A DNA stretch of 64,000 bases from the NCBI GenBank assembly GCA_043821445.1, contig JBDRCT010000034.1:2210-66209 (forward strand), in the 5' to 3' direction. Below, piece by piece: positions 56,348 through 64,000 of the stretch. The notes under the pieces are model-generated. The model saw only the letters and a list, made by a program, of their open reading frames with translations, was not told the origin of the DNA and did not search any database. Source of the stretch: Candidatus Omnitrophota bacterium (lineage in GTDB: Bacteria > Omnitrophota > Omnitrophia > Omnitrophales > Aquincolibacteriaceae). How positions within the stretch are numbered: position 1 is the stretch's first letter; every line of letters begins with the position of its first letter. The translations under genes and the position numbers were made by a program.

Positions 56348-56758
56348 TTATCGTTTCAGAGTAACAAGTGCTTTTTGGTTGTTATTGGTCGCGATCACGA
56401 GAGTGCACGGCCCGTAAGATACCGGCGCGCTTGCATAGACGTTGAGAATATCGATCTTTTGCGCCGCGAGTTTTCGGGTGATCCGCATCAAAACTCCCGG
56501 CCTATCCACAACCTCCAGCAACAACACCGTATTCTCTTGGGCTTTTAACCCCTTCTTGGCAAGAAGGTCTCTCGTGTGCAATGTATCGTCCGTTACAAAA
56601 TTCATCAGCGCCACACCCCCGGCCGCCTGTGCTGAAATAGCCACGATGTCGATCCCGCGATCCGCCAACAACGCCGCGACCTTTGAAAGCACGCCGACCT
56701 TGTTCTCCGAAACCACCACGAACTCTTTTCCCAACTTCACGCTTTGGATCATGGCCAT
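56348..56758 (-). CDS. Tandem ACT-domain protein
   Basis: 136 aa; two beta-alpha-beta-beta-alpha-beta units (FVVVSENKVGVLSKVAALLADRGIDI; LLEVVDRPGVLMRITRKLAAQKIDI). Confidence 0.6.
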   Translation of the reverse strand: MAMIQSVKLGKEFVVVSENKVGVLSKVAALLADRGIDIVAISAQAAGGVALMNFVTDDTLHTRDLLAKKGLKAQENTVLLLEVVDRPGVLMRITRKLAAQKIDILNVYASAPVSYGPCTLVIATNNNQKALVTLKR

Positions 56759-56893
56759 ACCCCCTTTGCTGTTTGAAGGATGTGCCCTTACAATACCTCA
56801 AGCTCACAGTTCCGACTTCCATTATACACCAAACGGATATTAAAATCAGAGCGGGAAAAAGACGCTGTGACGGAGTCCAAAAGCCCGGTATCT

Positions 56894-57433
56894 TTAAAAT
56901 TCAATCCCTTGTTGGGCGGGAGTACCACGATCGAAGGGGTGCTTTACGCATCTCATCTCGGTCACAAGGTCCGCTAGATGAATGATCGCCTGAGGCGCGC
57001 CTCTGCCGGTCAGGATCACGTGTTGACCGGACCGTTTGCGCCTGAGCGCTTTGACCACATCGAAGGCCTTGAGGAATTTGTACCGGAGGGCAATATGGAT
57101 CTCATCGAAAATGACGAGGTCATATTTCGGATCTTTCAGAAGTTCGCAACATTTCTTCCATGCCTTCTGAACGGCCTTGGTATTCTCTTCACGCGCCACG
57201 CGCCACGTAAATCCACCGCCAAAACTCCAGACGCGGAACCGGCCCGCGAATTTTTTCAAAGCACGGAACGCGCCTTCTTTATCCAAAGCCTTGCTTTGGA
57301 CGGGATATTTGAAGAATTGGACCACTCCCACTCGTCCGCCATGTCCCAAGATCCGTAGCGCCATGCCAAGCGCGGCAGTCGTCTTTCCTTTGCCGTTGCC
57401 TGTATAAACCTGGACCAAACCCTGGGTCTTCAC
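56894..57433 (-). CDS. cobO: Cob(I)yrinic acid a,c-diamide adenosyltransferase (CobA/BtuR type)
   Basis: 179 aa; P-loop VYTGNGKGKTTAALG and VIFDEI motif. Confidence 0.85.
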   Translation of the reverse strand: MKTQGLVQVYTGNGKGKTTAALGMALRILGHGGRVGVVQFFKYPVQSKALDKEGAFRALKKFAGRFRVWSFGGGFTWRVAREENTKAVQKAWKKCCELLKDPKYDLVIFDEIHIALRYKFLKAFDVVKALRRKRSGQHVILTGRGAPQAIIHLADLVTEMRCVKHPFDRGTPAQQGIEF

Positions 57434-58230
57434 CTTCCCTCCCTTTGATCGAGATCATCCGCTAAAGGCAGAATGAACGGTTTCATGGAGACCGGATTTT
57501 TTCCGGCCGAAACGCGCGCTCCGAATACCGATTCGATCGTCGCGCGTTCCAGTACCTCTTCAGGAGTGCCTATCATATGAATACGCCCGCGATCCATCAA
57601 GAGCATCTTGCGAGCGTACTCCGCAGCAAGGTTGAGGTCGTGTAGAACAGCCACCACGGTCAGGTGCCTTGCGCGATTAAGCCGGGCCAGAAGCCCGAGT
57701 ACCGTCACTTGATGCGCGATGTCTAAATGCGCGGTGGGCTCATCCAGAAAAAGCCATTCGGGTTCTTGGGCAAGGGCACGCGCGATCGCGGCCAGCTGCC
57801 GCTCCCCACCGCTTGTTTCTGTCATCAACCGGTTCCGTAAATGATCTATGCCGGCTTTTCGCATCACTTGATCGGCGATCTCAAGATCCGCCGCTGTTTC
57901 CAGGAACTGGAAGTCCCCGTAATGCGGGATACGCCCCAAAAGCACGAATTCTTCTATCGTCATTGGAATGGCCGGGACATTTTGTGACACGACCGCACAG
58001 CGTTTGGCGAAATGCTTCGGCAAAATACTCCAGAGGTTCTTTCCCTCGAAAAGAACCTCCCCGTGCGAAGGCGGAAGCGATCGGGTCAACGCCCGAACGA
58101 GCGTGGTCTTTCCGGAACCATTGGGACCGAGAATGGCAAAAAAATCGCCGCGATCGATCCCGAGATCGATCCCCTCCAGGACCATCTTTTTCCCGTACCC
58201 ACAGCTGAGTCCGTTCGCCGTGAGCGTCAT
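57430..58230 (-). CDS. btuD: ABC transporter ATP-binding protein, iron-siderophore/cobalamin family (FecE/BtuD-like)
   Basis: Start at MTLTANGLSCGYG (ATG 58230, ATGA overlap with the permease stop); Walker A GPNGSGKTTL; signature SGGERQ; Walker B LFLDEPT. Confidence 0.85.
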   Translation of the reverse strand: MTLTANGLSCGYGKKMVLEGIDLGIDRGDFFAILGPNGSGKTTLVRALTRSLPPSHGEVLFEGKNLWSILPKHFAKRCAVVSQNVPAIPMTIEEFVLLGRIPHYGDFQFLETAADLEIADQVMRKAGIDHLRNRLMTETSGGERQLAAIARALAQEPEWLFLDEPTAHLDIAHQVTVLGLLARLNRARHLTVVAVLHDLNLAAEYARKMLLMDRGRIHMIGTPEEVLERATIESVFGARVSAGKNPVSMKPFILPLADDLDQREGR

Positions 58231-59246
58231 AGAGGTTTGCCCTTTCCGCGCACGAGGACATAAATAAAAAGACATCCGCCTAAAAGCCCTGTCACAACCC
58301 CGACCGGAAGCTCTACGGGAGCGATCAGAATGCGGGCCACTGTATCGCAAAGCACAAGAAAAGTTCCGCCTCCAACAAAGGAGGTCATCAAGAGTATCCT
58401 GGCATCGCGACCCACAAGCCCCCTCATCATATGCGGTACGACAAGCCCGACAAATCCGATCACACCCGCCACCGCCACGCTCACTCCCGTCAGCACCGAA
58501 GCGATTACAAAAAGGGCGCGTTTGGTCCGCTCGACCGGGATCCCGAGATGACGCGCTTCTTCTTCTCCAAGGGCAAGCGCGTTCAGATCCGCGTGGAAGA
58601 GATAACAACTCCCGAGACCGAGCACCGAGACCGCGATCATGATACGGATCAATGCCGGGTCCGGCTCGTCAAGGGATCCCATGATCCAGAAAAGAATGCC
58701 TTGAAGATCTTCGGTCCGCGAAACGGCAAGAATGAGCAGCATGAGCGATGACGAGATAAAGGTCAACATCACACCCGTGAGCAACATCCCTTGAAGGGGA
58801 AGCTCCCGCCCACGGCGGCTTAAAAAATAAAGCAAAAAGATCACAAGGCAAGCGCCCAGGAATCCGGAAAACGGAAGGCCGAGATGCCAAACCCCGGAAA
58901 GCCCCCAGAGAATATTGAGCGACACCCCGACCGCGGCACCTCCCGAAATCCCGAGTGTATAGGGTTCGACCAAAGGGTTTCTGAACATCCCTTGCAGGAT
59001 CACGCCCGCAAGGCTCAAGGCGCCCCCGACGGCAAACCCCAAGAGAAGCCTCGGAAAACGGATGTCCCAAATGATACGGCCTTCGATGCTATCCGGAGGC
59101 CTGGAAAGGAGTTCGATCACTTTTCTGGCCGGAATGCCGGAGGAGCCTGAGATCAAAGCAAGGATCGCGGCCGCGATCGCCGCAAGCACGATCAAGCCAA
59201 GCCAACCCAGCCAACGTCTTGAACGATTATGAAGCATAGCTCGCAT
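58227..59246 (-). CDS. btuC: FecCD-family ABC permease (BtuC-like)
   Basis: 339 aa; about 9 transmembrane helices; FecCD signature region. Confidence 0.85.
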   Translation of the reverse strand: MRAMLHNRSRRWLGWLGLIVLAAIAAAILALISGSSGIPARKVIELLSRPPDSIEGRIIWDIRFPRLLLGFAVGGALSLAGVILQGMFRNPLVEPYTLGISGGAAVGVSLNILWGLSGVWHLGLPFSGFLGACLVIFLLYFLSRRGRELPLQGMLLTGVMLTFISSSLMLLILAVSRTEDLQGILFWIMGSLDEPDPALIRIMIAVSVLGLGSCYLFHADLNALALGEEEARHLGIPVERTKRALFVIASVLTGVSVAVAGVIGFVGLVVPHMMRGLVGRDARILLMTSFVGGGTFLVLCDTVARILIAPVELPVGVVTGLLGGCLFIYVLVRGKGKPL

Positions 59247-59353
59247 GGACCCCGTTAGAGACAGGAAGCGCTTTTATCGCTTCCGTGATTTATTGAAAAA
59301 TTTGACACTAATTTCATTTTTTCGTTTCTTGTAGAAAAATTTGAATTGCTTCA

Positions 59354-60202
59354 TCAATTTCTAACGGGGTGGAGGATTTGGATCATATTCTCAAGGGCCC
59401 GGGTGAAGGTCACGGGGGTCGGAGAACAGAAGAGGTCAGAATTGACGATCACAATGCGGTTTTCACGGGCCGCCTTGAGTTCGGGATATTGTTGCCACAT
59501 TTGCTTTTCCTTTTCCCCGTCAAATCCCATGCTCGAGATGATGATCATGTCGGGATTTTGCGCGAGCACTTTTTCCCGGGAATAAAGCGCCCGTTTTCCG
59601 TCCGCCGCAATGTTCTTCCCGCCCGCAAATTCGATCAGATCGTTCAAAAAGGAATCCCGCGTCACTGTCACAAGCGGTTCAGCACCTATCTCGAGAAATA
59701 CCAAAAGGACCGGACCTTGCGGGACTTTCTCCCGCAGCAACTTAACCGCCTTTTCCTGTTCTTCCGAAATGCGCACAGCCTCAGCTTCTTTGCCGATCAT
59801 CCGCGCAAGACGAAGAAAGGACCCGCTAATTCCTTTAAAATTTTTTGCAGGCGCAAACGTTTCCACATGAAGCCCGAGGGCTCGCATTTTGGCGACAGAG
59901 CGAGGATCGATCATCGGGGTTACGATTACAAGATCGGGGTCAAGAGATACGATCTTCTCGAGATTGGCATCGACGATATTCCCGACTTCAGGGATCTCTT
60001 GAGCTTCGACGGGCCGTACGCAAAAGTGCGATCTCCCGACCAAACGCTTCGCCTCGCCCAGGAGGAATATCTCTTCGGTCACCACGGTCGAAAGCGAGAC
60101 AATACGCTGAGGGGATCTTTCTTCGGCAGAAACACGGCCTGGAAGGATCATGAGGAAGGCTATCGCCCAGAGGATCGTGACCCGTCCCTGTTTGTAGTTC
60201 AC
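59354..60202 (-). CDS. btuF: Periplasmic cobalamin/iron-siderophore binding protein (BtuF-like)
   Basis: 282 aa; signal peptide; RIVSLSTVVTEEIFLLG...DLVIV pattern of the class III substrate-binding-protein fold. Confidence 0.75.
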   Translation of the reverse strand: MNYKQGRVTILWAIAFLMILPGRVSAEERSPQRIVSLSTVVTEEIFLLGEAKRLVGRSHFCVRPVEAQEIPEVGNIVDANLEKIVSLDPDLVIVTPMIDPRSVAKMRALGLHVETFAPAKNFKGISGSFLRLARMIGKEAEAVRISEEQEKAVKLLREKVPQGPVLLVFLEIGAEPLVTVTRDSFLNDLIEFAGGKNIAADGKRALYSREKVLAQNPDMIIISSMGFDGEKEKQMWQQYPELKAARENRIVIVNSDLFCSPTPVTFTRALENMIQILHPVRN

Positions 60203-60861
60203 ACGAGGCTCCCAAGCTCAAGTTTTGAAACCCAATGTTTTTCGATCGAAAGCCTCTCGGACTCATGGACCGATACGGGAGTTTTAAAGATCGGCCCGTC
60301 GTAGACGAACGTATGATACTCGCCCTTTTCACCGCACGGATCGACATGCGGCACGGTCCTTATCTTCCCCGGAAAATCCCGGTCGATCTCGCAGCCTAGC
60401 CATTCAGCGCCAAGTACCACTTCGTCCGTCACTACGATACGGCTTTTAAAACCCGCAGCGATGAATTCTTCGAGCAAAAGCTCCCGCTTTTCGTTCCAAA
60501 GCGGCAAGAAAGCTTTAAGCCCCGTCTCACGGCAGACCCGCTCGACCCATTCCCGGTGCGGCTCAAGATCAATATCGCCGAAGATCCCGGCTTCCACGCC
60601 TTTTGTTTTCAGTTCCGTCAACACCGACTTGAATTCCTTTTCGTAATCCTTCCAGGATGCGGCGCGTTGAATGAGCGGGACCCCGATCGCTGCCGCCTGG
60701 GCGCGCAGTACCGCTGCGCTCAGCCCGTGAGAACGCGAGTACTCACCGTCCTCGGTCATCATGTTCACTAGATGCGACACCTCAATCTCCGGATGTTTCA
60801 TCATCCGGTAACACGCAAGTACGCTGTCTTTACCCCCGCTCCAGGAAACAAAGACTTTCAT
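60199..60861 (-). CDS. PP-loop ATP pyrophosphatase of the MJ0570/Dph6-like family
   Basis: Start at MKVFVSWSGGKDS (PP-loop SGGKDS); ATGA-type overlaps with both neighbours. Confidence 0.55.
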   Translation of the reverse strand: MKVFVSWSGGKDSVLACYRMMKHPEIEVSHLVNMMTEDGEYSRSHGLSAAVLRAQAAAIGVPLIQRAASWKDYEKEFKSVLTELKTKGVEAGIFGDIDLEPHREWVERVCRETGLKAFLPLWNEKRELLLEEFIAAGFKSRIVVTDEVVLGAEWLGCEIDRDFPGKIRTVPHVDPCGEKGEYHTFVYDGPIFKTPVSVHESERLSIEKHWVSKLELGSLV

Positions 60862-61826
60862 ATTTTCTTGCCTTTCTTTTGGGACCTCACAGGCTTTTGA
60901 TACCGTTCCAGGAACGGAAGCACGTGCCCGCACACCTTGCAATGAAAATGGGTTCGAGGCATCCCTGCCCTGCAACTCGGACAACTTTTTTCGCTTCCCA
61001 CGGGCTGCGGGATTTCACCAATGACTTTTCTGTAAATTTTGTAATAATAAAAATGCTCCTTATTGAAGAACTTCACAGGGTAAGAATGGCCGTTGAATTC
61101 CCTGTCCGAGATCTTGTCTGTCAGGATCTGCCTTAAACGCGTCATGCCCGAACCCACTTCAAGCGGACGCTTGCTCTGCCAGGCGATCCCCGCAGGCAAA
61201 AGTTCCTCGAACGCTTTCCGCAGGATCCATTTTCCCCATCGCTTGCCGCCCGAACACCGGATTTTCCGATCGCCCGGAATATTCAATGCCATTCTGACCA
61301 CGGCGGGGTCGAGAAAAGGTTGGACGATCCCGAGCTTCAAGGCCTTGCCGATATCATTGGAGCTGAAAACCATCCGCCGGCTGACCCTCCGGATATAACC
61401 GTCCAGGTCCGCAAGGTCCGCCATGAAGGAATATCCCCCGAATAGCTCGTCGCTGCCGTCCCCTGTCCCGATATTTTTCAAGCCGAGTTCTTTGGCTTTT
61501 TTGAGACCGAAATAAGCCGCCAAATCGTTCGGAAGTGCCGAATCGAAGGATCGCAGGATCCGGATCACGTCCGGAATGCTACGAATCGCTTCCTCGATGC
61601 TTACAAAGTGGTGGACCTGACGCATCCCCAAAGTCTTCGCCAGAGCATTCGCATAAGGAAGATCTGCCGCGTTGCGCTCAAGACTGACGGTGATGCCGGT
61701 CGCTTTCGGATTGAGCACCGCTACGACCGAACTGTCCAGACCCCCGGAGAAAAGCACCCCGTCATAAGGCGCCTTTGCCGCTGCCTTAGAGATCCCTTTT
61801 CTGACGTGAGCCGCAAGAGTGGGCAC
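60858..61826 (-). CDS. Asparagine-synthetase-like PP-loop synthetase domain protein (no glutaminase domain) with C-terminal zinc ribbon
   Basis: 322 aa; PP-loop LFSGGLDSS; C-terminus CPSCRAGMPRTHFHCKVCGH. Confidence 0.55.
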   Translation of the reverse strand: MPTLAAHVRKGISKAAAKAPYDGVLFSGGLDSSVVAVLNPKATGITVSLERNAADLPYANALAKTLGMRQVHHFVSIEEAIRSIPDVIRILRSFDSALPNDLAAYFGLKKAKELGLKNIGTGDGSDELFGGYSFMADLADLDGYIRRVSRRMVFSSNDIGKALKLGIVQPFLDPAVVRMALNIPGDRKIRCSGGKRWGKWILRKAFEELLPAGIAWQSKRPLEVGSGMTRLRQILTDKISDREFNGHSYPVKFFNKEHFYYYKIYRKVIGEIPQPVGSEKSCPSCRAGMPRTHFHCKVCGHVLPFLERYQKPVRSQKKGKKI

Positions 61827-61828
61827 TT

Positions 61829-62431
61829 TTACTGGTCCGCTAATTTAAAAGTGACCGGCGTTTCTACGATGTCTTTGATCGGTTGATCGTTCTTGAGCGC
61901 CGGCTGGAATTTCCATTTTTTTATGGATTCACGGGCCGCTTCATCCAAAAGCTCGTGCCCTGAAGACTGTACGAACTCCATATGACCGACAGAGCCATCG
62001 GGAAGAACCTCGTAGGCCAGCACTACTCGTCCTTCCCATCCCCGCCGGATCGCTTTCCGCGGATAAGGCACCGCTTCCGGGACCGAAACCAACAAAGGCG
62101 GCGTCAAACCACTTGGGGCCGTTTCTTCATCCGATCGACGGCTTTCAAGACGATTCCGATCCGCACTTTGTCCCTGGCGAAAGATAGAGGGACCAACTTG
62201 ATTTCCCGTAAATCCCGCAGCCACGAACCTTGAAGATCGTGCGAACTGCTTCGGCCCCGCAGTCATGTGTTCCGGAGTTTTCACTTTCACGTTCACAGGA
62301 ATACCTTGCGAGATCACGGGCCCTGTTTCGACCGAGGGCCAGGCGCCGACATTTTCCTGTGCTTTAAGACGAACCCCGAAGAGAACCGCTAAGAGTGCGC
62401 TTACATAGATGATTTTTAACCGTTTCTTCAT
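61829..62431 (-). CDS. tonB: Energy transducer TonB
   Basis: Start at MKKRLKIIYVSALLAVLFG (transmembrane anchor); C-terminal TonB domain (PYPRKAIRRGWEGRVVLAYEVLPDGSV). Confidence 0.7.
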   Translation of the reverse strand: MKKRLKIIYVSALLAVLFGVRLKAQENVGAWPSVETGPVISQGIPVNVKVKTPEHMTAGPKQFARSSRFVAAGFTGNQVGPSIFRQGQSADRNRLESRRSDEETAPSGLTPPLLVSVPEAVPYPRKAIRRGWEGRVVLAYEVLPDGSVGHMEFVQSSGHELLDEAARESIKKWKFQPALKNDQPIKDIVETPVTFKLADQ

Positions 62432-64000
62432 AAAAATTCCCATTTGGCGCCGATCACGAATTCCCGGGAAGCTCCGGGATCCACCCATGTGTAGGTGCCG
62501 GCTGGATAGATGGCCGTACCGAAGGAGGTGGCGTTGATCGCGCGTGAATAATACTTTTCATCGAACACATTATTGACCTTGAGATAGATCTGCTTACCAC
62601 GCCAGTCATAAGAGAGAACGAGATCCCAGACCGAGTAGGGCTTGATCCAATGCCCCGCCCCGCCGGTCGCATTCAGGGTGGCTTGGGTCGCGGTTTCATA
62701 GGATGTCGGGTGCTGCCTCCCAGTGATAGTCCCGTAGAGCCCGACCTTGAATCCTTTGTAATTCTCGCCCAGACGGAGCAACGGAGAGACCATCATTCCC
62801 ACCACAAAACGATTTTCAGGGACCTGCCCAAGTGTCCGTCCGTCTTTTAAGCTCTGCGCGCCGTCCGTTTGACGAACCCAAGCCTCAGTCAACGTATAAC
62901 CTCCATAGAACTTAACCTCCTCCACGGGCGTCAGATCAAGCCGTGTTTCGATACCGTAACGGCGCGTCTTACCGACATTGATGTTTCGTCCATAAGGCGT
63001 TGCCGCGCTAATCGCCGTGCTGTCATAACGGATTTCATCCTGAACATCAATAAGAAAATAACTCGCTTTAGCTTCCGCAAACTTCCCGGCACGGACCCTG
63101 GAACCCACTTCGTAACTGTTGGAAAGTTCAGGGTTCAAAGGCGTGAGAGCGGTGCCCCCATACGGCGCCAGTTCCGTAATGGTAGGAACGCGAAACCCCT
63201 GAGAATAATTGGTAAAAAGATCTACGCTCTTGACCGGCTTGACGGTAACACCCGTCGAAACCGTCGACTTATGCCAACGGTTCGTCTGACCGGCCGCCCG
63301 GTTCAAGGCCGTATCCGAATGGAACCAATTGTAGTCATGCCGCATGCTGACATAAGGGATCACGCGATCAAAAAGCTTAAGTGTCTCACCCCAAAAGAGA
63401 GCGACATTATCCGCCTGAGCGGTCCGGTCCGTGCGGGTAACCGGTGAGGCGGGCACAGTACCGTTCGGGGCATCGCGCTGGATCGACCAATTGCGGCCCG
63501 CCCGGTACTCCATGCCGATCATACTTTCATTCCCCAACCAATCCCACGTATCTTGATAGCGCGTTTGCCAGGTAAGATCACGCTCCTGGTTTTTGGTGTT
63601 GAGGAGCGACGTGTAGGGATTGTAACCATAGGTCACAAAAGTCCCGGTGGTGTTGACAAAACTGATGTCATTCCAGCGTTCGCTCGCGAGAATTGAGGCC
63701 AGGATCCGGTCATCCCAGAATTTCTTTTCAGCTTCGAGCTGTACGATCGTGTTCTTGAATTTTCGACCATCGAGCGGCTTATTGCAGCGACGAGGATCAT
63801 CCTGATATTGTTGAAATGTCATTTCTCCAGGCATGGAGACCGCATCCTCAATGTGTTTCAGCCCGAAAGAGATCTTCCCCTGCTCATTGGGAAGCTCGTA
63901 AGCGGTCTTAATGTCAAAAGAGGTGAGACGAAATTCGCCGTTCGCACGGAACCCGTGCTCACTGTCACGCTCACCGTTGAAATAATAACCCAGCTTGCCT
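62428..64000 (-). CDS. TonB-dependent outer-membrane receptor, 5' end outside the window (partial; BtuB-like by context)
   Basis: C-terminal beta-barrel ending ...GAKWEFL with a terminal aromatic residue. The frame stays open upstream of the listed ATG to position 64000 (hand translation ...GKLGYYFNGERDSEHGF...). Confidence 0.8.
   Translation of the reverse strand, partial: GKLGYYFNGERDSEHGFRANGEFRLTSFDIKTAYELPNEQGKISFGLKHIEDAVSMPGEMTFQQYQDDPRRCNKPLDGRKFKNTIVQLEAEKKFWDDRILASILASERWNDISFVNTTGTFVTYGYNPYTSLLNTKNQERDLTWQTRYQDTWDWLGNESMIGMEYRAGRNWSIQRDAPNGTVPASPVTRTDRTAQADNVALFWGETLKLFDRVIPYVSMRHDYNWFHSDTALNRAAGQTNRWHKSTVSTGVTVKPVKSVDLFTNYSQGFRVPTITELAPYGGTALTPLNPELSNSYEVGSRVRAGKFAEAKASYFLIDVQDEIRYDSTAISAATPYGRNINVGKTRRYGIETRLDLTPVEEVKFYGGYTLTEAWVRQTDGAQSLKDGRTLGQVPENRFVVGMMVSPLLRLGENYKGFKVGLYGTITGRQHPTSYETATQATLNATGGAGHWIKPYSVWDLVLSYDWRGKQIYLKVNNVFDEKYYSRAINATSFGTAIYPAGTYTWVDPGASREFVIGAKWEFL

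Noticed and set aside
59247-59353. Hairpin GGAAGCG-cttttat-CGCTTCC between btuC and btuF
   Set aside because: It has a short stem and no U-tract on the transcribed strand; it is probably an incidental intercistronic structure.
1-64000. CRISPR arrays, rRNA genes, transposases or integrases
   Set aside because: No regularly spaced direct repeats and no IS- or integrase-like ORFs were seen; the two REP-like families have no associated transposase in this window.

Overview
This is a 64-kb segment of a bacterial chromosome at roughly 55-58% GC with high coding density. I annotate about 75 protein genes, of which only comF, lptF/G and an XRE regulator are on the + strand, plus one tRNA-Arg(CCT).

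Recognisable housekeeping genes:
- xseA-xseB-ispA-dxs
- 5-formyl-THF cyclo-ligase, apt, an rpoD-like sigma-70 factor, ppdK, glyQ-glyS
- comEA, an XRE/cupin regulator, cutA, uvrA
- nadX-panD-panC, folK, dapL
- recO-ybeY-phoH, aspS-hisS, rpsU, comF, lptF/G
- a glycogen cluster: glgC, a GH57 branching enzyme and a DUF4912-like protein
- panB-folD-FTCD, an ACT-domain protein, and cobO-btuD-btuC-btuF with two PP-loop enzymes, tonB and a partial TonB-dependent receptor

The best candidate for an undescribed system is a co-directional, translationally coupled cluster at 42.9-50.1 kb. It joins two cobalamin-binding (class B) radical-SAM enzymes, an unknown 199-aa protein and a HemY/CrtI-like flavoprotein directly to phosphatidylserine synthase and decarboxylase. 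A cobalamin-import locus lies nearby.

The non-coding landscape is also notable:
- two distinct REP-like palindromic repeat families (a 47-bp family with 3 copies showing a compensatory stem substitution, and a GCGCAACG-based family with 2 copies)
- a perfect 34-bp palindrome
- a low-GC single-gene island flanked by 27-bp direct repeats next to the tRNA-Arg
- a second low-GC orphan gene with an AT-rich promoter

No CRISPR array, rRNA or transposase was seen. The taxon cannot be assigned from sequence alone. All functional calls are from protein motifs recognised by eye, and no database search was run.
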